Shown here: piece by piece, positions 19,693 to 29,307 of the stretch
Numbering within the stretch: position 1 is the stretch's first letter
Layout: every line of letters begins with the position of its first letter
From: Acidimicrobiia bacterium
GTDB taxonomy: Bacteria > Actinomycetota > Acidimicrobiia > Spongiisociales > UBA5794
Reading direction: 5' to 3'
Assembly (NCBI GenBank): GCA_965216945.1
Contig: CBDCGU010000003.1
Coordinates: 899,868-963,867, forward strand
Length of the DNA stretch: 64,000 bases
Position numbers and translations under genes: made by a program
Notes under the pieces: generated by a model
Told to the model about the DNA's origin: nothing
The model's input: only the letters and a program-made list of their open reading frames with translations
Databases searched by the model: none

Positions 19693-21759
19693 TCAGACGA
19701 ACGCCGACGCAAAGATCAGGCTGACGATGGTCATCACCTTGATGACGATGTTCATCGCCGGCCCCGAGGTGTCCTTGAAAGGATCGCCGATCGTGTCGCC
19801 GACCACGGCGGCTTTGTGAGCGTCTGAGCCCTTGCCGCCGAACGCACCCGCTTCGATGAACTTCTTGGCGTTGTCCCATGCGCCGCCGGCGTTGGCCATG
19901 AAGATGGCGAGCAGGAAGCCGGTCAGGAGCGCTCCTGCCAGCAGACCGCCCAGGGCCCGGACCGAGACGAAGCCCACAACGAGGGGCAGCGCCACGGCGA
20001 GGGAGCCGGGGATGATCATCTCGCGGAGCGCGGAGCGGGTCGAGATGTCGACGCATTTGGCATATTCGGGCCGCACCCCCTCCTTGCCCTCGCGCAACCC
20101 TGCGATCTCGCGGAACTGACGGCGGACTTCCTCGATCATCTGATTGGCGGCGCGCCCGACGGCCTGGATCGTCATGGAAGCGAACAGGAAAGGGAACATG
20201 CCGCCGAGCAGCAGCCCGACGGTCACATGGATGTCGAGCAGATCGAGGACGGGGAGATCGCCACCTGCGTCGACCACGGCTTGCCGGAACGTGAAGAACA
20301 GTGCCAGTGCGGTCACGGCGGCCGAGGCGATGGCGAAGCCCTTGGCGACGGCAGCGGTGGTGTTGCCGAGTGAATCGAGCGCATCGGTCGCTTCGCGCAC
20401 CTCGGGGGGCAGATGCGCCATCTCGGCGATACCGCCGGCGTTGTCGGCGATCGGCCCGTAGGCATCCACCGACACGGTGATGCCGAGCGTGGCCAGCACG
20501 CCGATGGCGGCAACCGCGATGCCGTAGATGCCGGCCAGGTCGACGTCGAACGCCAGTTCGCCGCCCCAGTATGCCCCTGCCATGCCGAAGGCGACGACGA
20601 CCACCGAGAAGGCTGCCGAGCGCATGCCTTCGGCGATCCCGGCGAGGGCTACGGTTGCGGGCCCGGTCTGTGATTGGCGAGCAACTTCCTTCACGACCCT
20701 GTGATGGTCGCTGGTGAACCACTCGGAGATCTGACCGATCAGCCAGCCGACGACCAGGCCGATCACGACTGCGATCACGAGGCCCCAGGCGTTGTCGACT
20801 CCGTCGATGTCGTTGAACAGCAGCGGGGTGATGATCGCCACGCCGGCAACGGTGACACCCATCGCGACATAGGTGCCGCGATGCAAGGCGGCTGCGAGAC
20901 TGCCGCCGCCGGGCCGCACGAAGAAGGCGCCGACGATGGATGCGAACATGCCGATCGTGGCGATGATCAGCGGGTAGAAGAAGGCTTCCTCCTGAAACGC
21001 CGCCCCGGCGAAGGCGAATGCGGCGAAAGCGATGGGGGCGATCATCGAGCCCACATACGATTCGAAGAGGTCGGCGCCCATACCGGCGACGTCGCCGACG
21101 TTGTCGCCGACGTTGTCGGCGATGGTGGCCGGATTGCGCGGGTCGTCCTCGGGGATGCCTGCCTCGACCTTGCCGACGAGGTCGGCGCCGACGTCGGCCG
21201 CCTTCGTGTAGATGCCGCCGCCGACACGGGAGAACAGTGCGATGGAAGACCCGCCGAGACCGATCGCGGTCAGGACGTTGAACGGCTGATCGACCTCGAG
21301 CACTTCGACGAAGAAGATGTAGCCGACCGACATGCCCAGCAGACCGAGCCCCGCGACGGTGAAGCCCATCACCGCACCGCCCCGGAACGCAAGAGGCAGC
21401 GCCTTCTCGACACCGCCTTCCCGAGCCGCCTCGGCGGTGCGGGCGTTGGCCGCAGTGGCGATCCGCATCCCGACGTAGCCGGCAAGCGCCGACAAGACGG
21501 CACCGGTCACGTAGGCGATGGCCCCCCACGGACGACCCCAATCGAGGAACGCCAGGATGAGAATGGTCATCACGGCAACGAACACCGCAACAGCGGTGTA
21601 CTCGCGCCGTATGAAGGCCATGGCCCCTTCGCGAATCGCCCCCATCAGTTCCCGCATGCGATCGTTGCCCGGGCTCGCGCTGTTCACCTGTCCGGTGAAG
21701 AACCAAGCGAGTGCCAGAGCCGCGACTGCAGAAACGAGAGCGAGAATCAGCCAGATCAC
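19693..21759 (-). CDS. hppA: K+-insensitive membrane-bound proton-translocating pyrophosphatase
   Basis: 688 aa and about 16 TM. Conserved GGG..DNVGDNVGD and EYYT-like H+-PPase motifs. Confidence 0.95.
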   Translation of the reverse strand: MIWLILALVSAVAALALAWFFTGQVNSASPGNDRMRELMGAIREGAMAFIRREYTAVAVFVAVMTILILAFLDWGRPWGAIAYVTGAVLSALAGYVGMRIATAANARTAEAAREGGVEKALPLAFRGGAVMGFTVAGLGLLGMSVGYIFFVEVLEVDQPFNVLTAIGLGGSSIALFSRVGGGIYTKAADVGADLVGKVEAGIPEDDPRNPATIADNVGDNVGDVAGMGADLFESYVGSMIAPIAFAAFAFAGAAFQEEAFFYPLIIATIGMFASIVGAFFVRPGGGSLAAALHRGTYVAMGVTVAGVAIITPLLFNDIDGVDNAWGLVIAVVIGLVVGWLIGQISEWFTSDHHRVVKEVARQSQTGPATVALAGIAEGMRSAAFSVVVVAFGMAGAYWGGELAFDVDLAGIYGIAVAAIGVLATLGITVSVDAYGPIADNAGGIAEMAHLPPEVREATDALDSLGNTTAAVAKGFAIASAAVTALALFFTFRQAVVDAGGDLPVLDLLDIHVTVGLLLGGMFPFLFASMTIQAVGRAANQMIEEVRRQFREIAGLREGKEGVRPEYAKCVDISTRSALREMIIPGSLAVALPLVVGFVSVRALGGLLAGALLTGFLLAIFMANAGGAWDNAKKFIEAGAFGGKGSDAHKAAVVGDTIGDPFKDTSGPAMNIVIKVMTIVSLIFASAFV

Positions 21760-21839
21760 AGGCTTATCTCCACTTCGTTAGACACTGTTCAAATCGGCGG
21801 CAGCATAGTTGTCGCGGCCGGAGCCTCCGATTCCGCGCC

Positions 21840-22388
21840 CTACGGTCGCCCTGCCACCCCCGGATGGCGCCGCAGACGCACCGCCCACAGCACACCGGCC
21901 GCCGCCAGCAACAACACACCGCCGAAGAGCGCGGGCCAGCTGGGGTCTTCTCTGAGATCTCGCGCCGGATCGACCACAACCAGGCTCGTTGCCTCGAGGT
22001 AGGACTCTCCGCCTCGCCCGGCATCGTGGAACCGCCAGATCCCCGTGACCGTCACCAGGGGTCCCCGCTGCCGGTAGCCACCGGGCGCTCCCAGCCCATC
22101 GACCAACCGCTCCGGCAGCCGCATGCCGATCCCGACGTTGCCACCGCTCAACGCCCCTCCCTCGAGAATGGGGTCGCGGGCATACCCGTCGTCGTTGAGC
22201 TGGGTCCAGACCCACCCATCGCTTCGCCTGCCGTAGTCACCGACCAGCTCCCCGCTCACGACGATCTCGCCTTCGTACGCCGCCGGGTCCAGCAACAGCA
22301 CCTCGACGGGCACCTCCTCGGCGGCGGTGGCAGGGCCTGCGCTCAACACGATGACAACGAGAATGGCGAGGGCGGCACAGACTCGCAT
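21840..22388 (-). CDS. secreted, C-terminally anchored hypothetical protein
   Basis: 182 aa. Signal peptide MRVCAALAILVV... and a C-terminal TM. ATG at 22388 overlaps the trkH stop (ATGA). The track ORF 21840..23786 is otherwise an alternate-frame artefact over trkH. Confidence 0.55.
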   Translation of the reverse strand: MRVCAALAILVVIVLSAGPATAAEEVPVEVLLLDPAAYEGEIVVSGELVGDYGRRSDGWVWTQLNDDGYARDPILEGGALSGGNVGIGMRLPERLVDGLGAPGGYRQRGPLVTVTGIWRFHDAGRGGESYLEATSLVVVDPARDLREDPSWPALFGGVLLLAAAGVLWAVRLRRHPGVAGRP

Positions 22389-23938
22389 CAACGCCCCCGA
22401 ACCCACGAGTAGGCGAATCCCAGCAGCGCGAAGACGGCAACGAACTCGAGACGGCCTGCCCACATCTGCAGCATGTACGTGATCTTCAGCAGGATCGGCA
22501 TGGAGGGCGACGTGACGCCCACGGACAGCCCGACCGAGCCACCGGCGCTGACCGACTCGAAAAGGGCTCGATCGAGAGGCACGCCGTACGCCAGCCCGAC
22601 CCCGGTGCCAAGGAGGTAGAGCGCGACGTACAGCAGCGTCGCCCCCATCACCGCACGGGCCACGTCGTCGGTGAGACGACGCTTTCCGAACTGGTAGTAG
22701 GCCTGGCTGACAACGGCACCTTCCGGAAGGAGCATCTGCTTCACCTGGCCGGTCATCGTCTTCACCGTCAACCCGATGCGCAGCGACTTCACACCCCCTG
22801 CGGTCGATGAGCCCATGCCTCCCAGGGCCATGGCGATCGCCATCCCACCGAACGCCAGGCCCGGCCAGGTCGACAGTTCGACGCTGGGAACGGTGGCAAA
22901 CCCGGTCCCGGTGTGAGCCGACAGCAGCTGAAAGAATCCCTGGCGGGTGAGACCGGCGACGCTGCCGTACGTGCCGGCCGCGGCGAGGCCGAGCATGGTG
23001 AGGAAGAGGGTGAGGCCGACGGTCGTGAGGATGGTCCGCGTTTCGAGATTGACCAGCATCTGGCGGCGCTTGCCGCTCCAGAGTGCGAAGTGGACTCCAA
23101 ACGACACCGCTCCGGCCACCATCAACACGGCCGTCACGGCTTCGTAGATCGCCGAGTGGTAGTACCCCAAGCTCGTGCTCTGGGGGGCGAACCCGCCGGT
23201 GTCGAAGCCGGCGAAGAAGACCATCAGACCGTGGAAGAACGACCGGCCGGGGTCGAATCCGAGCACGATCCAGCCGATGAGGCCGAGGACGAGCACTCCC
23301 GCGATCAGGTGGACGATCGCCACAACCCATATGAACCGCGCCGTCGACCTCACGGACGGCAGGATGCGCTCGTCGCGTGCCTCTCCGAGGTACAGCGTGA
23401 TGGCGCCGGCGCCGGTGAACAGCGACAGGGCCGCGATGATGATCCCCTGGCCTCCCAGGAAATGCAGCAGGTGACGCCAGAAGTTGAGCGACCCCGCCAG
23501 GTGGTCGAGGTCCTGGACGAGGCCGAGACCGGTGGTTGACAGGCCGGACATGGCATCGAAATAGGCGTCGAGCGGGTCGGCGAAGTGGCCGGAGAGGAGG
23601 AACGGGATCGAGCCGATGAGGGGCACGATCAACCACGTGAGAGCGACGACGACCATGCCGTGGCTCCAGTCGAGCCGCGGCTCGCAGGGTACGGGGCCAG
23701 AGAGCAACACGCCGCACACGGCGAAGATGCCGCTCATCAGCACGAAGGAAGCCAGCGGCGCCCACTCGGTGGTGACGATCGCCCACACCGCCGGAGCGGC
23801 GGCAGCTGCGGCCACGACGAGGAAGATGCGGCCGAGGTAGTAGCCGATGACGACGAAGTCGTCCGTGACTGGCCTGATCAGCACGTCAGACCACGGCGAG
23901 CAGGGCGAGGGCCATGACCCACGCCACGAGCGCTCCAA
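22388..23938 (-). CDS. trkH: Trk system potassium uptake protein TrkH
   Basis: TrkH/KtrB fold with repeated selectivity-filter-like G motifs (GLSTTG, GFDTGG, GTGFAT, GGSVG). Start is uncertain: TTG at 23938 or GTG at 23884. Confidence 0.9.
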   Translation of the reverse strand: MERSWRGSWPSPCSPWSDVLIRPVTDDFVVIGYYLGRIFLVVAAAAAAPAVWAIVTTEWAPLASFVLMSGIFAVCGVLLSGPVPCEPRLDWSHGMVVVALTWLIVPLIGSIPFLLSGHFADPLDAYFDAMSGLSTTGLGLVQDLDHLAGSLNFWRHLLHFLGGQGIIIAALSLFTGAGAITLYLGEARDERILPSVRSTARFIWVVAIVHLIAGVLVLGLIGWIVLGFDPGRSFFHGLMVFFAGFDTGGFAPQSTSLGYYHSAIYEAVTAVLMVAGAVSFGVHFALWSGKRRQMLVNLETRTILTTVGLTLFLTMLGLAAAGTYGSVAGLTRQGFFQLLSAHTGTGFATVPSVELSTWPGLAFGGMAIAMALGGMGSSTAGGVKSLRIGLTVKTMTGQVKQMLLPEGAVVSQAYYQFGKRRLTDDVARAVMGATLLYVALYLLGTGVGLAYGVPLDRALFESVSAGGSVGLSVGVTSPSMPILLKITYMLQMWAGRLEFVAVFALLGFAYSWVRGR

Positions 23939-24019
23939 CGATGACGACCGCCGCCTCGATGAGGAATGTGGACAAGCCGCCCCGGACGTAGTCGCCCCGG
24001 CTGCGCTTCTGCTCGCCCT

Positions 24020-24685
24020 TCACGCTCGCTGCCCTTCACCGAGTGCATCGATGGCGCGACACAGTGCCGACTCGTTCTCGATCGACGTCACCGCCATGAC
24101 ACGGTCGCCCGGACGCAACGACGTCGATGCCGTGGGGACGAAGACCTCGCCGTTGCGGACAACGGTCACCAGCAGCGCGGGCTGGGGCAGAGTCAGATCG
24201 AGCAGCTTCGTTGCCGGAAAGGAGTCGCCAACGGTCCGCTCCACGAGGCTGATGCGCCCCCCGCCGAGCAGGGCGATGCGCTGCAAGTCCTCGACACCGA
24301 CCTCCTGAGAGATCACATGGGCCAGGAGATCGGTGACGGCGACGACGGGGATCTCGAGCGCCTCGAACGTCGGCCGGTTGCGCGGATCGTTGAGCCGGGC
24401 GAGCACACGGGCTGCCCCCAAGGTGAGGGCGAGCTGGCAAGCGACCAGATTGACCTCGTCACGTCCCGTGACGCCCACCACCCAGTCGGCCCGATCCACA
24501 TCGGCAGAACGCAGCAGGCCGACGTCGGTGCCGTCGCCCTGGAAGACCAGGATGTCGCCCGACTCCGCAATGGTCTGCGCCCGCTGAGGATCGTCCTCGA
24601 TCACGGTCACGACGTGGCCCTCACCCTCGAGCTGACGAGCGAGGTACGCACCGACCTTGCCTCCGCCGACGAGGAGCATCCTCAT
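24020..24685 (-). CDS. trkA: TrkA-family RCK protein (half-size, RCK_N plus RCK_C)
   Basis: 221 aa. GGGKVG Rossmann motif and a C-terminal RCK_C domain. Confidence 0.85.
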   Translation of the reverse strand: MRMLLVGGGKVGAYLARQLEGEGHVVTVIEDDPQRAQTIAESGDILVFQGDGTDVGLLRSADVDRADWVVGVTGRDEVNLVACQLALTLGAARVLARLNDPRNRPTFEALEIPVVAVTDLLAHVISQEVGVEDLQRIALLGGGRISLVERTVGDSFPATKLLDLTLPQPALLVTVVRNGEVFVPTASTSLRPGDRVMAVTSIENESALCRAIDALGEGQRA

Positions 24686-25332
24686 GTGTCGCCCCGATCG
24701 CGGAGCAGGTCCTCGACCTTGGCGTACACGGCCGGACGGGTGGCGGCAACGACGAGGTCGCCGGCCCGGAGCTCGAACGCCGGCGACACGATGTGGGTCA
24801 CACCGGACCGCTGAACGGCGGCGATGCGGAGATCCCCAGGCAACTCGAACTCCTCGACCGTCATGCCGGCGGCACGCTCCCCCACGACCATCTCGGCGAT
24901 CTCGACGTCGCCACGGGAGAAAGTCACGTGATAGCGGAAAGCATCGGCAACGATCTCCTCACGGATGACGTCGGATGCGAGCTTGGCCCCGGCGACGTAG
25001 CGGACTCCGAGCGCCCGGTAGGCGTCGGCGCGGCCGGGATCGTCGAGCCGGGCCACCGTCTTCTCGACGCCGAACACCTGCTTGGCGATCTGCACCGCCA
25101 TCACGTTGGCGTTGTCGGAGTCGGTCACAGCCACGAACGCATCGGCGAACTCGATCCCTGCGGCACGGAGCACACGGATGTCGTAGGCGACGCCGGGGTG
25201 GGTCGTACCGTTGAACGTCGATCCGAGCCGGTCGAAAACACCCTCCCGATTGTCGACGACCGACACGTCGTGCCCGTCCGCAGCAAGACGAAGCGCCAGA
25301 TCGGACCCCACCCGTCCGCAGCCGGCGATCAC
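24682..25332 (-). CDS. trkA: TrkA-family RCK protein (second half-size copy)
   Basis: 216 aa. GCGRVG Rossmann motif. Overlaps the downstream trkA copy by 4 nt. Confidence 0.85.
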   Translation of the reverse strand: MIAGCGRVGSDLALRLAADGHDVSVVDNREGVFDRLGSTFNGTTHPGVAYDIRVLRAAGIEFADAFVAVTDSDNANVMAVQIAKQVFGVEKTVARLDDPGRADAYRALGVRYVAGAKLASDVIREEIVADAFRYHVTFSRGDVEIAEMVVGERAAGMTVEEFELPGDLRIAAVQRSGVTHIVSPAFELRAGDLVVAATRPAVYAKVEDLLRDRGDT

Positions 25333-25669
25333 GACTCTGATGGGGGCGCTCCGATCACGCCGACGATGTTAGGGAGGAGAGCCGATCGCGGAGCGACGTC
25401 TCCGCGGACAACGAGGGGCGCTCTACGGACCAAGCCGCCATGAGCACCCTGGACGTGTCCCCATCCTGCGCGGTGCCTGACCCCCGCAGAGGAACGACAC
25501 AGCCCGGCCGGCGCAACACCTCCGGACCGCGCAAGACACCCTCGAATGCACCTATGGACCCCCTACCCGAACACGACGGCGATCACTACCGTGAACATCG
25601 TCCAGTCACAACAACCGGACCCCAGGCACTCCCCGGTCTCCGACGGTCCGGTTCAGGGATCCATCCACC

Positions 25670-26452
25670 ATGAGGCCCGCAGAACTCGGCCCCAGAGCCC
25701 GCAGGAGGGACGGCAGGACTGCCGCCGGCGCCGGCGCAACCGCCGAGCAAACGCCTGCTCGTCATCTTCCTTCGCTCGTGAGGCGTAGAGCGCTTGTCTC
25801 GACCTTGTCTGCCGCGGTCGTGGTGGCCGCCGGCTTTGTCGCGTTGAGTGTGACATCGGCAACACCGGCGAGCACGGCTCCGCCGGCCGCCCGAGTTCCG
25901 CCGGCGGCGATCGCATCGCCACCCCTTGCGGCCGAACCGGCTCCTGGGGCGACGGAGTTGCCCGCAACAACGGCCCCAGCGACATCCTTGCCGGAGGAGT
26001 CTGCACCTGTCGTCGTGGAAGGCGTTCCGGCGTCGTGCCCGGTCACGGTTCCGGGAGACACCGGCTTCAGCCCTTCCGCAGCGGCTCCGGACGACCCACC
26101 GCCACTGTACGACTCCGTGTGGTTCGGGACACCCGAGCTCTGGACCATGGTCAACCCTCGAGGCGAGACGACGAACGACAAGAGATGGCTCGGCGGCGAG
26201 AAGACCTTCTGGTGGAGCGAGAGTTTTTCGCTCATGGACGAGCTGCAGCCGGAAATCGTGGTCACCGCCGAGCACCTCGACGGCACAGCGCCGACCGTCG
26301 AGGCCGGCGGGCCGGGTACGAACGGCTCACATCCCGACCTTGGAGACTTCATGCTCGTCGGCCTGGAGCTCCCCGGGCCAGGATGCTGGAGACTGACCGC
26401 CCACTACAAGGACGCGACCATCAGCTACGTGGTCTGGGCAGTTGGGGAGTGA
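25670..26452 (+). CDS. secreted hypothetical protein with Pro/Ala-rich linker
   Basis: 260 aa. Sec/Tat-like signal (RRRALVSTLSAAVVVAAG), PA-rich spacer and a globular C-terminal domain. The true start is probably an internal GTG. Confidence 0.5.
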   Translation: MRPAELGPRARRRDGRTAAGAGATAEQTPARHLPSLVRRRALVSTLSAAVVVAAGFVALSVTSATPASTAPPAARVPPAAIASPPLAAEPAPGATELPATTAPATSLPEESAPVVVEGVPASCPVTVPGDTGFSPSAAAPDDPPPLYDSVWFGTPELWTMVNPRGETTNDKRWLGGEKTFWWSESFSLMDELQPEIVVTAEHLDGTAPTVEAGGPGTNGSHPDLGDFMLVGLELPGPGCWRLTAHYKDATISYVVWAVGE

Positions 26453-26496
26453 CGATCCGTTGACAGCGCTGAAGCCCCGCGCGGCGCACCCATCGC

Positions 26497-27945
26497 TCAG
26501 CGACGCCACAGCTCCGGGGTGAACAGCAGGAGGACCGGGAACAGCTCCAGCCGGCCGAGCACCATGAGGAACGACAGCACCACTTTGGAGCTGTCGTGAA
26601 CGACGGTGTAGTTCTGGGTGGGCCCAACCGCATCCAGACCAGGACCGACGTTGCCGAGCGAGGAGGCAACGGCTGAGGCGACGGTGAGGATGCCCGTGTC
26701 GCTGCCGAGGCTCTGTTCGAGGATGCCGACGAGCATGGTCCCGGTCATGAAGGCGAACATGTAGAGCAGGAAGAAGGATTGGACCGATTCCACGATCTGG
26801 TCCGGCACGGTTTCCTTGCCCAGCCGGACCACGAAGACGCCACGGGGGTGGATCACCCGCCGCAAATCGGCGCGGCTGGCTTCGTAGAGAACTCCCAGCC
26901 GGTAGGGCTTCACCGAGCCGCCGGTGGACCCTGCCATCCCGCCGACGAAGAACAATCCGAACACCATGATGCCGAGCGCCACCGGCCAGGCGCCAAAGTC
27001 GGCCGTGGCGTAACCGGTCGTCGTGACGATGGACACGACCGTGAAGATCGCATCCCGGAGGGTGTCGCCGGCCGCCCCGCCCCATGTGCCGATCGTCGCC
27101 ACCGCCGACGCCACGACGATGATGCCGCCATACAGCTTGAACTCACTGTGTCCGAGGTACGCGGTGGGGTTGCGCATCGCTCGGTAGTGGAGCGCAAACG
27201 ACGTGCCGGCCAGCACCATGAACACGATCACGATCCATTGTGAATACGCCGAGAACGCGTTCATCGAAGATGCGTCCGTCCCGAACCCGCCGGTCGACAT
27301 GGTTGTGAGCGCGTGGGCGACCGACTCGAAGAGGTTCATGTCACCGACCCAGAGCAGCAGGATCTCAGCACACGTGAAGCCGACGTAGACGAGCCACAGG
27401 CGCCTGGCCGTCTCCCTGAACCGCGGCGTCAAGCGGTCGGGCGTCGGCCCCGGTGACTCGGCGCGGGCCAGCTGCACACCGCCGATGCCGAGCAGTGGCA
27501 GGACCGCGATCGAGAGCACGATGATTCCCATGCCACCCAGCCATTGGGTGAGTGCCCGCCAGAAGAGGATGCCGTGGCTCAGCTCTGCGGGGTCGGGGAC
27601 GATCGAGGCACCCGTCGTCGTGAATCCCGCCGCCGACTCGAAGAGGGCGTCGACGACCGAGCTGATCTCCCCGGTGAGGATGTAGGGAAGGGTTCCGAAG
27701 ATGGTGGTGGCGAACCAGGCGAGGCCGACGATGGCGAAGCCTTCACGAGCCGACAGCGACTTGGGTGCGGCAAACTGCTGGCGGGCGCCGAGCCCGATGA
27801 CCAGGGTGAGTAAGGCGGCGATGGCGATGCGGAGAGCCGTTCCCCACTCCTGATAGAAGAGCGATACGACGGCGGGGGCGATCATGGCGAGCCCCGAGGC
27901 GCCGATGACCACGCCGATGATATGGAGGAGGGGTCGGATCGCCAT
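26497..27945 (-). CDS. trkH: Trk system potassium uptake protein TrkH (second copy)
   Basis: About 482 aa from the internal ATG (MAIRPLLHIIG). TrkH G motifs (GFTTTG, GGFGT, TTTGYAT). Stop lies 1 nt from the trkA ATG. Confidence 0.9.
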   Translation of the reverse strand: MAIRPLLHIIGVVIGASGLAMIAPAVVSLFYQEWGTALRIAIAALLTLVIGLGARQQFAAPKSLSAREGFAIVGLAWFATTIFGTLPYILTGEISSVVDALFESAAGFTTTGASIVPDPAELSHGILFWRALTQWLGGMGIIVLSIAVLPLLGIGGVQLARAESPGPTPDRLTPRFRETARRLWLVYVGFTCAEILLLWVGDMNLFESVAHALTTMSTGGFGTDASSMNAFSAYSQWIVIVFMVLAGTSFALHYRAMRNPTAYLGHSEFKLYGGIIVVASAVATIGTWGGAAGDTLRDAIFTVVSIVTTTGYATADFGAWPVALGIMVFGLFFVGGMAGSTGGSVKPYRLGVLYEASRADLRRVIHPRGVFVVRLGKETVPDQIVESVQSFFLLYMFAFMTGTMLVGILEQSLGSDTGILTVASAVASSLGNVGPGLDAVGPTQNYTVVHDSSKVVLSFLMVLGRLELFPVLLLFTPELWRR

Positions 27946-27946
27946 G

Positions 27947-29275
27947 TCAGCCGGAGAGTTGTTCGACCTCTGGGATCGCCTCCGGCAATGCGATGACGAT
28001 GAGACGATCGGCGAAGTGGATCTCCGTATCGCCTCGGGGGACAAACACCTCGTTGCCGCGTATCACACCGCCGACGATCATCTCGTGCGGTAGATGAAGG
28101 TCACGCAACGTCTTCCCGGCGGCCGGGCTGTTGCGACCGACCTCGATCTCGAGGGCCTCGGCATCGGAGTCCTGGAACGTGACGACGCTGTGGATGCGAC
28201 CCCGGCGCACAAATCGGAGGATCTCGGAGGCGGCGGAGAGCCGGCTCGACACACCACCGTCGATACCGACGCCGGCGAGGAGGCGGACGAGGTCCATACG
28301 ATGGAACCGAGCGACCGCGGTCGGAACGCCAATTGCCTTGGCGACCAGACAGCCGAGAATGTTGATCTCGTCCCACCCGGTGAGGGCGAGGACGATGTCG
28401 GCGGTCGACACCCCCTCCGATGACAGCAGTCGCGGGCTGGTCGGGTCGCCGCAGATGCCAGTGATCCGCGGGTTGTCGGTTGCGATCTTGCGGACACGGC
28501 TCGGGTCCTGGTCGACGAGGATGGTGTGGATCCCCGCCTGGCAGAGAGTCCGCGCCGTCAGCGCGGCGAGCCGCGTTGCACCGAGGATCGCCACCTTCGA
28601 TGCGGGTGTGTCGTTGATGCCGAGGAGCCGAAATGGCTCTTCGGTCTTGTCGGTCTCCGACATGAACAGGACGTGATCACCAGGGAGCACTTGGGTCGAG
28701 CCGCGGGCGATCACGGTTTCTCCATCCCGGATGACGGCGACGACGAGCCATGACCACTGCGTCACGCTGTTGCGCAACTCGGCCAGCGTGTGGCCCGCAA
28801 CAGGGGCCTCCGGCGAGATGTAGCCGCCAACCAGATCCAGGCGGCCGCCGGCGAACTCGATCAACTCGGACACGCCGCGCTGCTTCACCAACAGGAGCAG
28901 TTCCTTGGCGGTCGTCTCTCCGGGGTCGATGAGCAGGTCGACGCCCAGGTTCTCCGCTTCGTCGCGAAGCTGCGGGTCTTCGACACGGGCGATCCGGCGA
29001 GGTGCACCGAGCCGGGTGGCGGCGTGGGCGGCGAGCACGTTGACGGCGTCTGATGAACTGACGGCGATGAAGAGATCGGCCTTCTCGACGCCGGCGGCGT
29101 CGAGCGTCTCGAGGCTGGCGCCGTTGCCGTGGATGACGAGGCAATCGATCTGTTCCTGGACCTCGGCGGCGCGCACCGAATCCGCTTCGATCACGACCAC
29201 ATCCTGGCCTTCGAGGGACAGCCGCTCGGCCAGGTATGAACCGACCGCTCCGGCTCCCACTATCACCACTCGCAT
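27947..29275 (-). CDS. trkA: Trk system potassium uptake protein TrkA (full-length, double RCK)
   Basis: 442 aa with two RCK_N/RCK_C repeats (VIVGAGAVG and AILGATRL Rossmann motifs). Confidence 0.9.
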   Translation of the reverse strand: MRVVIVGAGAVGSYLAERLSLEGQDVVVIEADSVRAAEVQEQIDCLVIHGNGASLETLDAAGVEKADLFIAVSSSDAVNVLAAHAATRLGAPRRIARVEDPQLRDEAENLGVDLLIDPGETTAKELLLLVKQRGVSELIEFAGGRLDLVGGYISPEAPVAGHTLAELRNSVTQWSWLVVAVIRDGETVIARGSTQVLPGDHVLFMSETDKTEEPFRLLGINDTPASKVAILGATRLAALTARTLCQAGIHTILVDQDPSRVRKIATDNPRITGICGDPTSPRLLSSEGVSTADIVLALTGWDEINILGCLVAKAIGVPTAVARFHRMDLVRLLAGVGIDGGVSSRLSAASEILRFVRRGRIHSVVTFQDSDAEALEIEVGRNSPAAGKTLRDLHLPHEMIVGGVIRGNEVFVPRGDTEIHFADRLIVIALPEAIPEVEQLSG

Positions 29276-29307
29276 CGCCTACCTCGCTGCTCTGCTTCGG
29301 GTGATAG

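Noticed and set aside
19535-21706. 723-aa Arg-rich ORF overlapping hppA
   Set aside because: It is an alternate frame of the H+-PPase gene.
21840-23786. 648-aa minus-strand ORF
   Set aside because: Only the last 182 codons (21840-22388) have a signal peptide and protein-like composition. The rest is an off-frame over trkH.
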